From NCBI GenBank assembly GCA_964016885.1, contig OZ024748.1, positions 55,304,001 through 55,368,000 on the forward strand: a stretch of 64,000 nt of DNA, written 5' to 3'. The notes beneath the pieces were generated by a model that was given only the letters and a program-made list of their open reading frames with translations, did not search any database and was not told the DNA's origin. The translations under genes were made by a program, and so were the position numbers. How positions within the stretch are numbered: position 1 is the first letter of the stretch; each line of letters begins with the position of its first letter. This DNA comes from Eledone cirrhosa. Its lineage: Eukaryota. Shown here piece after piece: positions 40,522 to 57,097 of the stretch.

Positions 40522-40674
40522 GCTCCGAAAGCATTGCATGTGCCCGAAGGATCCGCAGTTATAGAATCGGACAGATCCATACAATGATCGTGTCTCGAGC
40601 TATCTGCCGGCGAAACAATTGTAACACGCAATAAACTGAGTCTAGATGCATCACTGATTTTTTGTTTTTTTATA

Positions 40675-40730
<56 letters not shown>

Positions 40731-40910
40731 CAGCAGTAACTATCTTTAGACATAAGTATTCGAGTTCTCTTCTGGTTCATTGTATCGGTGGAGTCCCCTA
40801 TTTTAAACACGGTTTGTATTTACTTAACAATGCAAAATATATGATTATTCGACGAATAACATGGAAAATCATTCACTATTTACACACATTGTTACCGCAC
40901 TCGTTTCGTT

Positions 40911-40953
<43 letters not shown>

Positions 40954-41278
40954 ACACACACACATATATTTTTTTCTTCATTATCCTACAAAAGAATATA
41001 TGTGGATATATATATATCCACATATACTCTTGTGTAGAATAATGAAGAAAAAATTAAAATGAGAAAAGTAATTTCATTCACGCCTAGCTCAACGCAAATT
41101 GCGAAGTAAATGACTGTAGTTAATTGTCATGACGCCAACTCGAACTTCTACGGGTGATATTTAGCTAAATTGGCAATTCTTCAGTTGAAATTTGAGAATC
41201 ATTTGGGATTAATCATTACAATAAGAGGATACGCATTGATAAGTCCACACATGGATTTTCAGAGAAAGAAAGAGAGCG

Positions 41279-41363
<85 letters not shown>

Positions 41364-41657
41364 CCTAAAAAGCTAATATGGAAATGAAGAAAACGATATG
41401 ATAAAGTGTTTGAATTGTTAGCATATAATCCAATTATATCTCAATGGAGAAATGTCTGGAAATCATTAAAGAAATTAAGTTTATTGAACATGTAGAAACG
41501 TAGAGATAAATATAAAACCATCCATGAACGGGAATACGTGAATATACACAAACTCTCACTCACATTAACTTTCTAAATGTTAATCATGTAATAAACATTA
41601 AATATTGTAACCCGATAACTGTTCCTTTAGGGAAACAGAAAGTAATGTGTAAAACAG

Positions 41658-42025
<368 letters not shown>

Positions 42026-42109
42026 TCTATATATATATATAAGCATCTCTCACTCTCTCCATATACGTAAATTGTGTGTGTATATATATATATATACGTA
42101 TATGTAAAT

Positions 42110-42149
<40 letters not shown>

Positions 42150-42152
42150 ATT

Positions 42153-42206
<54 letters not shown>

Positions 42207-42488
42207 GATAGCTATAATTTTATATGTATCTATGTACACGCTTATAAACACACAAATATATATATCTTGTGTGTGTATATGGGAATGGGGGTTTGTACAT
42301 AACTATCAAACTTCATTATTCTCATTTGAGAGAGTATCTGTTAAATAAGAGATGTAAATATTAATACATACACACAACGTACACATACGCATGAAGTCGC
42401 ACGTATTTATATAACATAATATCATATAATATTACAGCTACACAGAAGAGACAGTTGGAAATACAATCCTGTTATATATGTGTGTGCG

Positions 42489-43700
<1,212 letters not shown>

Positions 43701-43833
43701 TTTATTAAAATATTTGCTCTACAGTTCTTATATATTTGATATGTATTTATCCTTATCGAGCCCTCTTTGGATTTTAGTCTTCAAATTTATTATTATTACT
43801 ATATACTCATATATATATATATATATACTCATA

Positions 43834-44108
43834 TACAATATTAAATAAATGGAAACTATATTTATAAAACCATATTTATTTCATTATATATATTTCAGGG
43901 ATAACATATTAACAATATGCTATGCCGTTTCGGACGATAGATAGATTTGGAATTGGAAAAAATGTCTTTAGATAAAAATAACAGATCCATTCATGTTGAC
44001 TTATCTTGCCGAAACGGCATAGCATATTGTTAATATGTTATCCCTGAAATATATATAATGAAATAAATATGGTTTTATAAATATAGTTTCCATTTATTTA
44101 ATATTGTA
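43834..44108. mobile_element. 100-bp perfect inverted repeat of the hammerhead-bearing terminus also present at 12721-12812
   Basis: 43834-43933 is the reverse complement of 44009-44108. The arms match 12721-12812 with few substitutions. Confidence 0.85.
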
Positions 44109-44237
44109 AATATACTCCAAATATTTGTCGAGTGCTTTTATATCAGTTATAAATATTTACTAGTTGTAACACAACAATTTAAATATAACTTTCCATATAC
44201 TCATATATATATATGGCGTATACATGTTGTACACACA

Positions 44238-44784
<547 letters not shown>

Positions 44785-45967
44785 ATACATACATCTTCTC
44801 CAGGGACAAAATTCATATTTATGTATTTGTAATTTACTTATAGAAATGACCTGATATAGTAATTATATAGATAAATAATTGCCTCGCAGCCAGTGAAGAC
44901 ATTTTGTGCAAAGCTTTTAAAAGAGAGCTCACTAAAATAAACAACAAACAGATTTATATAATATAACAGGCATAGATAATTTGAAAATACAATATTTCAA
45001 TATATTTAATAGAGAATATCCTTCTTATATATATATAAGCAAAATGAAGACCCAGACAAATGACTATCGTAAGTGAGGTAAAGTGTTAATACAAACTTTC
45101 AGTTATCTAACTTATAGAAACACGTGTCGTTTTACCTTATCGCAAAAGATTTGGAGCCTCTCTGATAAAGAACATTACTAGCTTATCACTTTCAATTACC
45201 ATATTGCAAAGGTAAGGGGAGCAGTTGTTCACAAACATCCTCTCTATCAATTCCAGTAGCATTCTTTCCTTGGAAAACACTTGTAGGAATTCCATTGAAT
45301 CAGAATCACGGAAGACCGCTTTCTTACGTCCCACACAACTAGACCTACTGTCACGCAAACAATGAGATTACTTCTACACTCGTCTTTTCTATATTAAGAA
45401 TCTACTCTATGATCTGTCAAACCACATCTTTCAAACCACATCCATTCTCTACAGTGTTAGATTAATTTTCACCTTCCTAGACATTCTAGACCAATTGACA
45501 ACTCTTACCCACCACACACTGTTTTTTCAAATAGATACTTGGCCAGCGTAGGGATACTCAAAGACCCAAAGACTGTAGATAGCAAAGCAACAGCCTTTCA
45601 ATGCCTTCACGTATCTTTTGACAAAAATGTGTAATGTAGAAGACTTTCAAATTCATAAATACAGAAAATGGTGAATACCACAATCATTTGTGAAGATTAA
45701 TTTAAAATGTCAATAAGTTAGTTATCTTTCTATAACACAGGTGCAGCATGGCTGCGGGTTTAAATAGTTAGCTTCGGAACCTTACAGTTCTGGGGTTTTC
45801 CAACACGATCTAAAACACAGTAACCTGACATTAAACAGACGACACTATTCGAAATGTATACACTGTCACATTTGAATGTTTCTATCTATCTACCTATCTA
45901 TACATCTATTTATCTATCTATTTGTCTATCTGTCTCTCTCTATATATATACAACGTACACATACACT

Positions 45968-46037
<70 letters not shown>

Positions 46038-46872
46038 TATATAAATATATATATAAATAGGATTTAGCTTCAGGCATAGCTGTTTACAGCTATGTATAGA
46101 AATTTCGTATTTCTAAAGAAACACGGTATGTTTACAGATATATATATATATAACCACTAAAATATAGAGAATAAAATTAAAACACAGTATGAAAGGTAAG
46201 AAAAAAGAAAAAAAAAAGGCGTTGGAATAATATGATTCTCAGTGCATCCCCATAATATGATACTTTTATTTAATGAGCTACTCATGTTTCTAGCTCAGAT
46301 TCTACTCATAAATATGTTGAAATAAATTACCAATAGTTACAAATGTTAAGCATAAACTGTAAACCAACACCTAGATCTCGTTGATTTAAAACCATATATA
46401 TAAAAAGAATGTACTAAATGTTATACATGAAATAAGTAGTGATATCAAAATAAGTATAGGATTAAGTAAATGTGTCAAAGTTACTCTAAAAAGAGGTAAA
46501 TTAATTAAAACTCAAATCATTATGGTTGATTTATACATTAAAATGAGATAATAGAACTAGCCTAAAAAAACGTACTTAGGGTTTATGATACTGATAAAAT
46601 AAAACATATATAAAGGAAATTAGGAAAAGAAAGTGGGTGGGGGATGAAATTATAGCAGAAGAATGGGAGTAGTATTACGAACGAATCTTAATTGCCAGAA
46701 ATAATATAGGTATAATAAATACAGAAGCCATTCCAGTCTACAACTTCAATATAATAAAGTGGATGATAAGTGAACTGAAGTACCTATACAAGAAAACAAG
46801 AAACCTACTTACTGCATTCCGAATCCACCATCTTAAAGCTGATATAGATATGATACGATATGATATGATGTG

Positions 46873-46939
<67 letters not shown>

Positions 46940-47002
46940 ACATATATATATATTATATTTTATATATATATATATATATCCACATATATATATATTATAT
47001 TT

Positions 47003-47033
<31 letters not shown>

Positions 47034-47083
47034 TATATTATATTATATGTATATATTATATTATATATATGCATATATATATA

Positions 47084-47121
<38 letters not shown>

Positions 47122-48492
47122 TATATATAGATCATACATATACTATATATATATTTGCACACACACGCACACACAGACACACACACACACATATATATAT
47201 ATATACATATATATATGCACACACACACACATCTATATGTATATATATACATATATATAAGCACGCACACGATGAAAGGGTAATGGTAGTTATAAAGAAC
47301 ATAAGTGTATTTATAAAAATATAATACATCAATGTAAGCTAAGGTCGATTGATTAGTTTAATAAGGGAATATGAAAGAAAATACTTTTTCCCTCTATTAA
47401 CCTTATCTTTACCGTGTATATTTACAGTATTTATTTCTCTACTAGATTTCGACCTCCAATGTAAAGGTCGATATATAATGTACTTGCTATCAGTAAAGCA
47501 ACACTTATTCCTGTATGTGTGTGTAGTCTTAGATTAAATTGTGTTTCTAAATTAAGTGTAATTATGTTCTTAATCTATTATCAGAAAAGCACATTGTTGC
47601 AATTTTAGTTCATTTAAAGTTACCTTTCAATAATAGCAGCTATATTGATCTAAAATCCAGGTTAACCTTTCTAATTGGAATATCAGCAAGCGTTACATGT
47701 ACTGCTTAATGTCTTTGCAGAATTTCTCGTGTAGTTCTCTATAAATTATTGAATTATTATTCCATAATGGCATACATTTTACTTTCTTGGATCATATATA
47801 TTCAGCTATTTCTGTCTTTGATGTTTTTTTCTCCTAATTAAGACATTCCACTATCCATATATTCTAAATTTTACCCTGCAAATATATGCGGTTTTGTAGG
47901 TACAGCTATTTTTGAAGAATCTAAGAAGTGTTGTTTTACTTTTGAACAAAGTTCTGAGGTAATGTCTTAAAGATAGTCTGAATATTCCCAGTCAGACATT
48001 TACAGTTAGGTTGATATCAAACCGAAATTTGGATTAAACACTAATTATTGCTTCAAAGTGCATGTTTTCTGATAAAAATATATTCCCAGCCCATCATGTT
48101 TGGGCAAGCTGCATTTATGCATAATGCCTCGCCCTAAATGCCAATATCACAAATTCTTGAGCTATACATGGATGTGAAATGTATGTAAATGAGAGTATAA
48201 TAACTCTCTTGAATATAATAATAATGATAATAATAATAATACAAAAACTATATTATTATCACTGGGGCGTTTTTTTTAAGTATAAAATATGCCGATAAGT
48301 GTAACAGAGTAAGTAAGGTTTGCTAAAGCAATGTTGTTTAAAAGAAAGAAACGGGTAACGGCTCTATGCTGGATCTCAGCATTTGTTTTTATACGTCTTA
48401 CATTCACTATATAGATCTCATTTGTCTCGAACTAATATGTCATGGAAAATAAACACAGACATAAACGTAAATACACAGACAGACAGACAGAC

Positions 48493-48660
48493 ACGACAAG
48501 CCTTTACAGTATCCATCTACAAAATTTCATTCACAACACATTGACCAACTAAAGTTTATAGTAGAATGCATTTCTTCAATGTGCTGTATAGTGGAAGTGA
48601 ACCCCAAAGCCATATGGTTGCAAAGCAAGCTCATCATCCACACAACCTTTTCTGTTCCTA
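48493..48660 (-). mobile_element. Degenerate tRNA-derived SINE
   Basis: Reverse complement resembles a tRNA head (GGTTGTGTGG..GGGTTCACTTCC) plus SINE body. It is heavily diverged. Confidence 0.4.
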
Positions 48661-48900
48661 CCTTTTATAAAGATACTAACCAACATTTTATCTTCGTCTA
48701 TGTGATTTAATCTTCACAAAGGAATGCGGCATTCAACATCTTTTGTAATATTTTGAACTTGTTACCCACATTACTTGAACTCATTAACAGTCGAAAGCCA
48801 TGGTTTATTTCCATCGTGAACTCACATACATACCGATAGATAGACTCACATACATACATATAAACAAGTCTACGCGCACATACAAATCCATACACATATA

Positions 48901-49115
48901 TTGGTTTCTTATATAGAAACAAGGCCAGCAATTCTGGGAAAGGGAAAGTCGATTAAATCGACCACACTACATTACTGGTACTTTATTTTACCGACCCCGT
49001 AAGGATGAGAGGTAATGCAAACCACGGCGGGATTTGAACACAGAACGTATAAGACCGTAACTCTATGCCACAAAGCATATTGTCCGACGCTCTACTGATA
49101 CTGCCAATCCGCTGC
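48901..49115 (-). mobile_element. Meta-like tRNA SINE
   Basis: Full-length diverged copy. Confidence 0.82.
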
Positions 49116-49557
49116 ATTTGTTTAAAGCAATAATGTAATCGTTTCAGAGTTTGAACTTATAAGCCTGACCACAGAAAGTATTTGCTACAATGTACCAAGT
49201 TCTTTCTTTCATTATCTCCGTCATCTTTGCCCAACATATATTTTTTAAATATTATATTGTAATGCTATTTGTAGCCTCAACAAACAATCTTGTAATAAAA
49301 CATTATGGCAAGCCGCGTGAAATTTTGCTTCAGTCGTAAAGATATATTATCTATTGCTTGTCACAATATACATCATCTTTAGACCTTACTTTGATGTCCA
49401 CTAGCTGTCAGTCAGTAATCTTATGAGATAGGGGAGACATTTGCTAAAGCTGACTAATTCAAAATAATGATGATACCGCTATTCATACATATACATATTT
49501 ACATTGGTTAACACTGTAATATAAAGTTCCTTGGATAATTATAGCGCATATATACAA

Positions 49558-49602
<45 letters not shown>

Positions 49603-49927
49603 TACACACATACATGCACACACACACGAAAGCACGCACGCATGCACAACAAATAAACAAAATATACACGTACTTATCTGCAAAAACAAACTAAAAACAT
49701 ATAACACGTAAACGAAGATCTTAAATTTATACTTCACACATACACTAACATAAACACCAACACAATACACACATACACTAACATAAACACCAACACAATA
49801 CACACATACACTAACATAAACACCAACACAACAGCCACACAATACACAGCAACAAAACAAAAAACAAAAACAAATGAATTTTAACGCACGCGAATGTTAA
49901 CATTTCCGATATATATATATATATTTA

Positions 49928-49968
<41 letters not shown>

Positions 49969-50418
49969 ATATACACATATGTGTATGTGCATGCGTGTGT
50001 ATATATGTATATATGCATAGGTATATGTGTATGTACATATGTATAAACATATATATCATGGGCGATAGGTCCGTGCATGCAACGCATGCAGTGCATGCGT
50101 TATAGAATCTTGAGTTGATCAATTGCGTCGGTTGAAGCGAGCAGAATTCTGGCTGCTTACTAAAACGTATAGACCTAAAAAGAGATAACACACACACACA
50201 TACACACAAACACACGATAGCTTTGGGGCAAGCATAATTTTCACTGCTTACTAAATCGTAGACACATAAAAAGATAACACACACAGCCCCACTTTCCGCC
50301 ATGGCGATTGGACTGCATGCCCTGCTTTGCAGTTTACCCTTCGCCACGGAAATTGATGTATCAGTACAATACTGATACCTCGTAAACAAGTTTTAGCTTC
50401 TTTAAGTTCCAAAATTTA

Positions 50419-50468
<50 letters not shown>

Positions 50469-50611
50469 CAATAACATTTCCTACGACGTCAGAGGCAATA
50501 GAAGCAGATGTGCTGTATGAAGTCAAGCCCGAGCCCCTACCTGATCGGTCAATCTGCTAAAATTAGCGACCAAATATCCCTGAAATTACTTCCTACCTTA
50601 GTATGTAAGTA

Positions 50612-51003
50612 ATGCCGGACAGAATAGAGAAGGCGGTTCTCCAGAGGGTGGAGAGGGAGACGCGTTGGACGAGCAATTCCAGCTCACGAGACTCACACCT
50701 GCGGGTAGCCAATTTTGTGCTGATGGTGGTGAGTAGTCAGGTGGCTCTAGGCTCAAGAACAACAGAAGTTTCTACTGCTACATGCTTGACCGCAAATCTG
50801 TCGGAGAGCGACCGATACGTGGGGAGTTTACCCTCCGCCAGCCGAAGTGCAGCAGAGCCTGGGTTAGTCGCAGATTGCACCAGTTTGCTGATGGAGAATG
50901 TGTTGCTGTTTTTGGCATCTCAGATGAGGGGTTTACCACTGCGGAACGGAAAGATGATCATGCCGTCTGGCCACTTGCGATCCCGTCAGTCAAGCCCCAC
51001 CGG
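50612..51003 (-). mobile_element. CRE-clade non-LTR retrotransposon C-terminal restriction-like endonuclease fragment (pseudogenised)
   Basis: Minus frame: PVGLD*RDRKWPDGMIIFPFRSGKPLI*DAKNSNTFS..PGSAALRLAEGKLPTYRSL..VAVETSVVLEP..LVQRVSLSTLWRTAFSI. This fits the RPDG..WD..AE..K..KY..ET.G..QR.S RLE pattern, with three stops. Confidence 0.8.
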
Positions 51004-51074
51004 TTGTGATTTCGATTCCCAGACCGGGTGATACGTTATGTCCTTGAGCAAGACACTTTATTTCAAGTTGCTCC
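51002..51074 (+). mobile_element. Fragment of the second tRNA SINE family
   Basis: Matches 6917-6989 (TTCGATTCCCAGACCGGGTGAT..GAGCAAGACACTTTATTTCA). Confidence 0.7.
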
Positions 51075-53443
51075 TTCTGCCTGGAGTTGCGACCGACAGA
51101 TAGTATTAGCAATTGGAAAGACCAATGGAAACATTGCTTATTAGGTCCGATTTGACTAGCTCCACTTCGTTACGTGAATGAGGTCTGGGATCTCTTCGAT
51201 CGACTATCGATCAATATTTATTTATATAAATGGGCTTCAGCACAGTTGTCATCAACCAAATAATACTAAAAATGTATTGTATGTGTTATATGTGCCTGTG
51301 TTTGTGTATATTTGTAACATAGTCTTTCAGGTTGTATCCCTTTTCATTAAAATTATATGTAGAGACCTGTACTAAATTTAAATAAGCACAGTGTCGATAT
51401 GAACAACAAAAATATTCTAGAATGTAGTGTGCCAGCGTGGCCTCACTCCAATAAGAAAAAACTTCCATGAAGGAATGAAATGATAAAATAAGATATAACA
51501 TCCAAAAGGAATTTTCTACAGCGCTTCATGAACTAAGAATCTCGTTTGAAATATTACAAAACGAAACAAAATATCTTCAAGAAACAATATAAAAATAAAC
51601 GTGAAAAAAAGAACAAAAAATACCAAAAAACTTCAAACCAAACAAAGCATTTCTTTTTTTAAATGATTCATATTTTATATAAATTTTTCGATTCTTTGTT
51701 CGTTGTTTCTTCCTTTCTACGTTTTTTTTTACACAGCAGAATAAAGAACTCATATTGAAATATTTGTTTCTTTTATTTTTCCTTTCTTCAATTCGGAAAC
51801 GTGATCTGAGAGCGATTTACTAAAATTCTTACCTATTTCCATATTCTTCAAGTATTTTGTCTGCAAAAAAAATATATCTTATTCTTAGAGAAAACTTCAG
51901 AACACAATAGCTACCAATATAATTAGAAAGATTATTCACCCCCTGCACATTATGTAATTTAGTGGAATCACCAGGTGGGTTTTGTTCACTGATTTGAGAA
52001 AAAAATTATAACATTTTCGCCTTTCATCTGGTTTTCTTTCGTTCATTTATTCTGTTCTTTTCTATTACATTTCTTGGTGTTGTCCATTTTATTTATCTTA
52101 TCATAATTTCTATCTGAATCCATAAAAAAAAAAACTGTTCCTTCGTGTAGACGTAAAATGGCTGAGCGGAAAACGAATTAGATTACTACCACACGTGACA
52201 TGTGTTCTAAAAGACAATGAGAGAGCCTTTACGCAGTCTCTTCTCCAGGTAGAAATATCAGCCTAATCTCATTGAATTACGCCATGCCATTCTAAAATAA
52301 GAACCCAGTGAATATACTATTTCCCTGATACACTATTCATGGACACAAGTCGGATTTGTCCCGCCAAGAATGTATATGAATTGATGTCTCCTCATCTAGG
52401 ATGACCTGGGGCTAAATAACTACAACATGAGTTCTAAAGTATTATGTACTTGCATTACTTTACTATTCTTATGTATATAGCATATTGTACCTCTTGTGTT
52501 TTTAATGTATATTAATAGAAGGAAGAGAAGTGCTTATAATCAATTTAAAGTTACAGGATAGGGGGAATGATGTAGCTGATGGTACACGTGAGACTAAATG
52601 ATTTCATATTTGTCCGAAAAGCGCGAGAACATTTAGTGATGAACTGCAGTTCTGGAGAAAAAGGACTGGGAGAAGTGGTTAATATAAGTGATCCCGATAG
52701 AAAGAGACTCGGATTAGTTGGAATATGATACGTAAGGTTAGGATGTATGCAGCGTTGGAGCTCACAAGTACAGACGCTGGTATAGTACAGTAGAAAAGTG
52801 AAAGAGATTAAACCACCCGTATGTGGGCGAGTATCTAACAAGTCTTTATGTGTTGCCTTTTGAAAGTCGTTTAAGATATTTATGTAGCACAGCAGGTATT
52901 TGAACCTGTTTTAATGTTGTTTCCCCCCCAAAACGAGAGTCGCAGTGTTTAAATCAGTTGCTAGATAGCATATTGAAGTGTCTAATACTTTTGTTTAAAA
53001 TCCAAGCTTATTATTTAAATGAATCAAATTGGTAATTTTGTTTAAAAAGAATGCTTTCGGTATTAAACGTGATTTCGATTGAGAGTGATATCTAGAGTAT
53101 AGGGTCGCATGTTTCGCGCTTTCAACAATATATACGACCCCCAGAAGACCTACATTTACAGAAGTAAGATAAACAAATATGTCATTCTATATATTTCCAT
53201 GTCACTGTTTGCAGAGACCAATCAAAGGAAGTCATTTTGTGTTAACTTCTCACGTTATATGCTACCCGGGATACGAGAGATTATGATCATCTTTATGGAC
53301 AGAACACGGATCTAAAAACAATATTTGAAACAATAATCTCTTTTGTTTCTTCCCGACATTCTTTCAGCTTCGCCATATTTGACTCTTAATTTAAGCAAAA
53401 ATCGACGATAGTAATTTCCTATATTAACTGTATATACATATTA

Positions 53444-53600
53444 GGCGGAGAATTGGCAGTATCGTCGGATAGAATGCTTTCTGGTATTCGTTCTGGTTCT
53501 CTGCTCTCTGAGGTTCAAATCGTGCAGAGGTCAACTTCGCTTTTCGTCCTTTCGAGGTCGATAAAATACAGTAACAGTCTAGTACTGTGGTGGAATCTTC
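53444..53600 (+). mobile_element. Meta-like tRNA SINE, diverged
   Basis: GGCGGAGAATTGGCAG head, GGTTCAAATC B box, TCCTTTCGAGGTCGATAAAATA core. Confidence 0.75.
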
Positions 53601-54689
53601 CTCTATATCTCTTTCTCATCTTTCTCTCTCTCTCAAATTATATCATTCTCTGGAAGATATCTGCTGTACTCAGGCCTGGAGAGGGATGAGCTTCACCAGG
53701 CTTGATGGTACACAACAAACGCCGTATGTCATTACAACGCCCCTATAATTCTATCAGGAGTTACAGGACCATACATACATATACATATTGCATCTTAGCT
53801 GCATATCTATAATATATATATATAATACAATTATAATTGTACTATATATATAATTCTTGTAACAATTATTACAAGAATTTTCCGCCACATCTTTCACTTT
53901 TTATAGACATATATGGTTTAAAAGAATCTTAACAACACCATGCAGGAAGTCGAGTGACAATGTGCTGAAACTTTCATGTTGGTTTATTATTATATTTAAT
54001 TGTTTATCTGACGCTTTATTTAATAAATAGGCATTAATAATTCCTACAAGGAGTATTAATTGGTGGTAAGCTTTAAGAAAGCCAAATATCTCTTCATCCT
54101 CGATCCTCTAGCTCTTAATCTTATTTGTAGTTAATATTAAGTTAGCTTTAACATGATGTAGTGGACGTTTAATATTAAATTAGAAATAATTAGACGATGA
54201 GAGAAAGAAAGTACTAGTCTGTGTAATATTTTAATTATCACGATATTTCAGGGAGAAACTCTCTACTTGGTTCATTTTAAAATACCCCTAGAAAATAAGT
54301 ATGAACACCATCGTAATTACGGTCATAGCGATAAGAAGAACATTATATAATGTACATCATTGTCATGTATTAAGTGTACAAAAGGGAGTTATTTTAAAAG
54401 ATAATTTAATCAGAGCAAACATCTGTAGCTTAGGAAAATATACTTCCCGAAAATATGGCTGAATTTGGCATACACTATGAATGTGAATCTTTAGTCAAGC
54501 CACAAAAGAAACATCCATGCAGTCTCTCCATTAAATTACATTTTAATATACGAAGGGAGAAAAAGGACATTTTGGATAATATAGTGATAGATATATAAAT
54601 ACAAGATAGTCATTTCTGGGTTAGCATTAATCATATTTTTTCCCGAACTGTGAGGGTTGACCTAGGGCTAAACATGACGACGATAATGT

Positions 54690-56310
54690 CAACAACGACA
54701 GCAAGTACCATACAACAAACATCAGTAATACCATCATCACCTCCATAGCTACCAACTAACAAGAAACATAACCACCCTCAATCATCACAGCCAACAAAGA
54801 CCAGTGCCATCACTAATGCTATCGCCAGAACAACTACCACACTGAAAACAAATACCACTACCATCGTCACTCACACCACCACAATACCACAACAAACACC
54901 ACTACCATCACTGTCATCAGCCTCATCCCCACAGTACAACAAAGAATACCACAATAACCAGCCCCCACCTCAACCATAACACAAAGTCTACTACCATCAC
55001 CAACGCCACCACGAAACAACAGCAAACTTACCGGAAATACCATAACCATCAACACAAATAACACCATTGACACAACAGCCATCATAATCTTCACCATCAC
55101 CCCACCAACACCACCACTACCACCACCAGCATTACCACAATGAACACCACCACCATCACCACCACCACAACACTACCATGGACACCACCACTAACATCAT
55201 CAACATCACCACTACCACCACCACCACCTCCACCGCCACTAGCATCATCACAACTACCAGCACCACTATCACCACCAGCACCACCAACATCATCACAACC
55301 ACCACCACCACCACCTGCACCGCTACCACCACCAGCATCATCACAACCACCACCACCACCACTTGCACCACTACCATCACCAGCATCATCACAACCACCA
55401 CCACTACACACCACCACCACCAGCAACACCACCACGAACACAGTCACTAAAACCAAAACCAGCACCACTACCACCGCCACCACCACCACCAGAACCACCA
55501 CCAGCACCACTTCCACCGCCACAAACATCATCACAACTACCACCACCACTACCACCACCACCACCTGCACCACCACCACCACTCACATCACCACCACTCA
55601 CATCACCACCACGAACACCGCCACTAAAAACCTTCACCAGCACCACTACCACTGCCACCACCACTACCACCACTACCACCACTTCCACCGCCACCACCAC
55701 TACCACCACTTCCACCGCCACAAACATCATTACAACTAGCACCACTACCACCACCACCTCCACCACCAACAACAACACCACCACGAACACCGCCACTAAA
55801 ACCATCACCAGCACCACTACCACCGCCACCACCGCCACTGCCACCACCGCCACCGCCACCACCACCAGCACAACCACCACCGCCACAAACATCATCACAA
55901 CTACCACCACCACCACCACCTGCACCACCACCACCACCAGCAACACTACCACGGACACCACCACTAAAACCATCACCAGCACCACTACCACCGCCACTGC
56001 CACCGCCACCACCGCCACCGCCACCACCACCAGCACCACCACCACCGCCACAAACATCATCACAACTACCACCACCACCACCACCTGCACCACCACCACC
56101 ACCAGCAACACTACCACGGACACCACCACTAAAACCATCACCAGCACCACTACCACCGCCACTGCCACCGCCACCACCGCCACCGCCGCCACCGCCACAA
56201 CCACCACCGCCACAAACATCATCACAACTACCACCACCACCACCACCTGCACCACCACCACCACCAGCAACACTACCACGGACACCACCACTAAAACCAT
56301 CACCACAACG
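54690..56310. repeat. (ACC)n-derived degenerate repeat with a 162-168-bp higher-order unit at its 3' end
   Basis: ACTAAAACCATCACC recurs at 55795, 55963, 56128 and 56290. Confidence 0.9.
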
Positions 56311-56954
56311 AAACTTTAGTGAGTAGCAAAAGCGGTTTACACTTAATATTATACTGAAGTGACAAGTCGTAATGAGGAACATTCCAGAAGATGTTTCACG
56401 ATGATTCCTTAATAACCATACTCAACATTTTTATAATGTATTAAATAAATCGTGCGTGTATCTTTAGAAAAAAGAATTACATTTGCTGATCCTCATTTTA
56501 TTTTCCCGTGGCTGTTTACAGTATCAGAGTTGCATAGATATTGTTTCGTGTTTGAAAATTTTAAATATGATCGAACGTGCTGATGTTGTTGATGGTGGTG
56601 TTGGTGGTGGTGTTGTTGATGGTAGTGTTGGTGGTGGTGTTGTTGGTGGTGGTGTTGGTGGTGGTGTTGTTGATGGTGGAGGCATTGTCGGTGGTGGCAA
56701 CGTTGTTATTTATCCGCAAGTCATCCCTGACAATACCCACCTTTCAAATTAAACAACATAAAATATACACTGAAAAATAACATCACACACGTATACACAC
56801 ACACACACACACATGGTTCAAAGAATCAAGAAACAGAGATACAAAAATTTTTATTAGTTACATGCTTTATATTGGAAAGAGGAAAGAAAGTTCAACATAT
56901 AGGGCTTAAGCCCATCTTCAGGAGTACCGATATATATATATGTTGTTTATTACA

Positions 56955-57010
<56 letters not shown>

Positions 57011-57035
57011 TGTAATAAACAACATAAGGCAATTA

Positions 57036-57096
57036 TTTCATTTACCAGTGGTTTCTTAAAAGCCAAAAAATGTTGCTATCAATCATCAGAATGAAA
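57036..57096 (-). ncRNA. Type I hammerhead ribozyme motif
   Basis: Minus strand: TTTCATT-CTGATGA-TTGATAGC..GCTTTTAA-GAAA-CCACTGG-TA-AATGAAA. Perfect 7-bp stem I and a GUA triplet. Confidence 0.75.
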
Positions 57097-57097
57097 A

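Noticed and set aside
45137-45630. Possible decayed L1/Tx1-like coding remnant on the minus strand
   Set aside because: Too degenerate to assign by eye. It needs tBLASTx.
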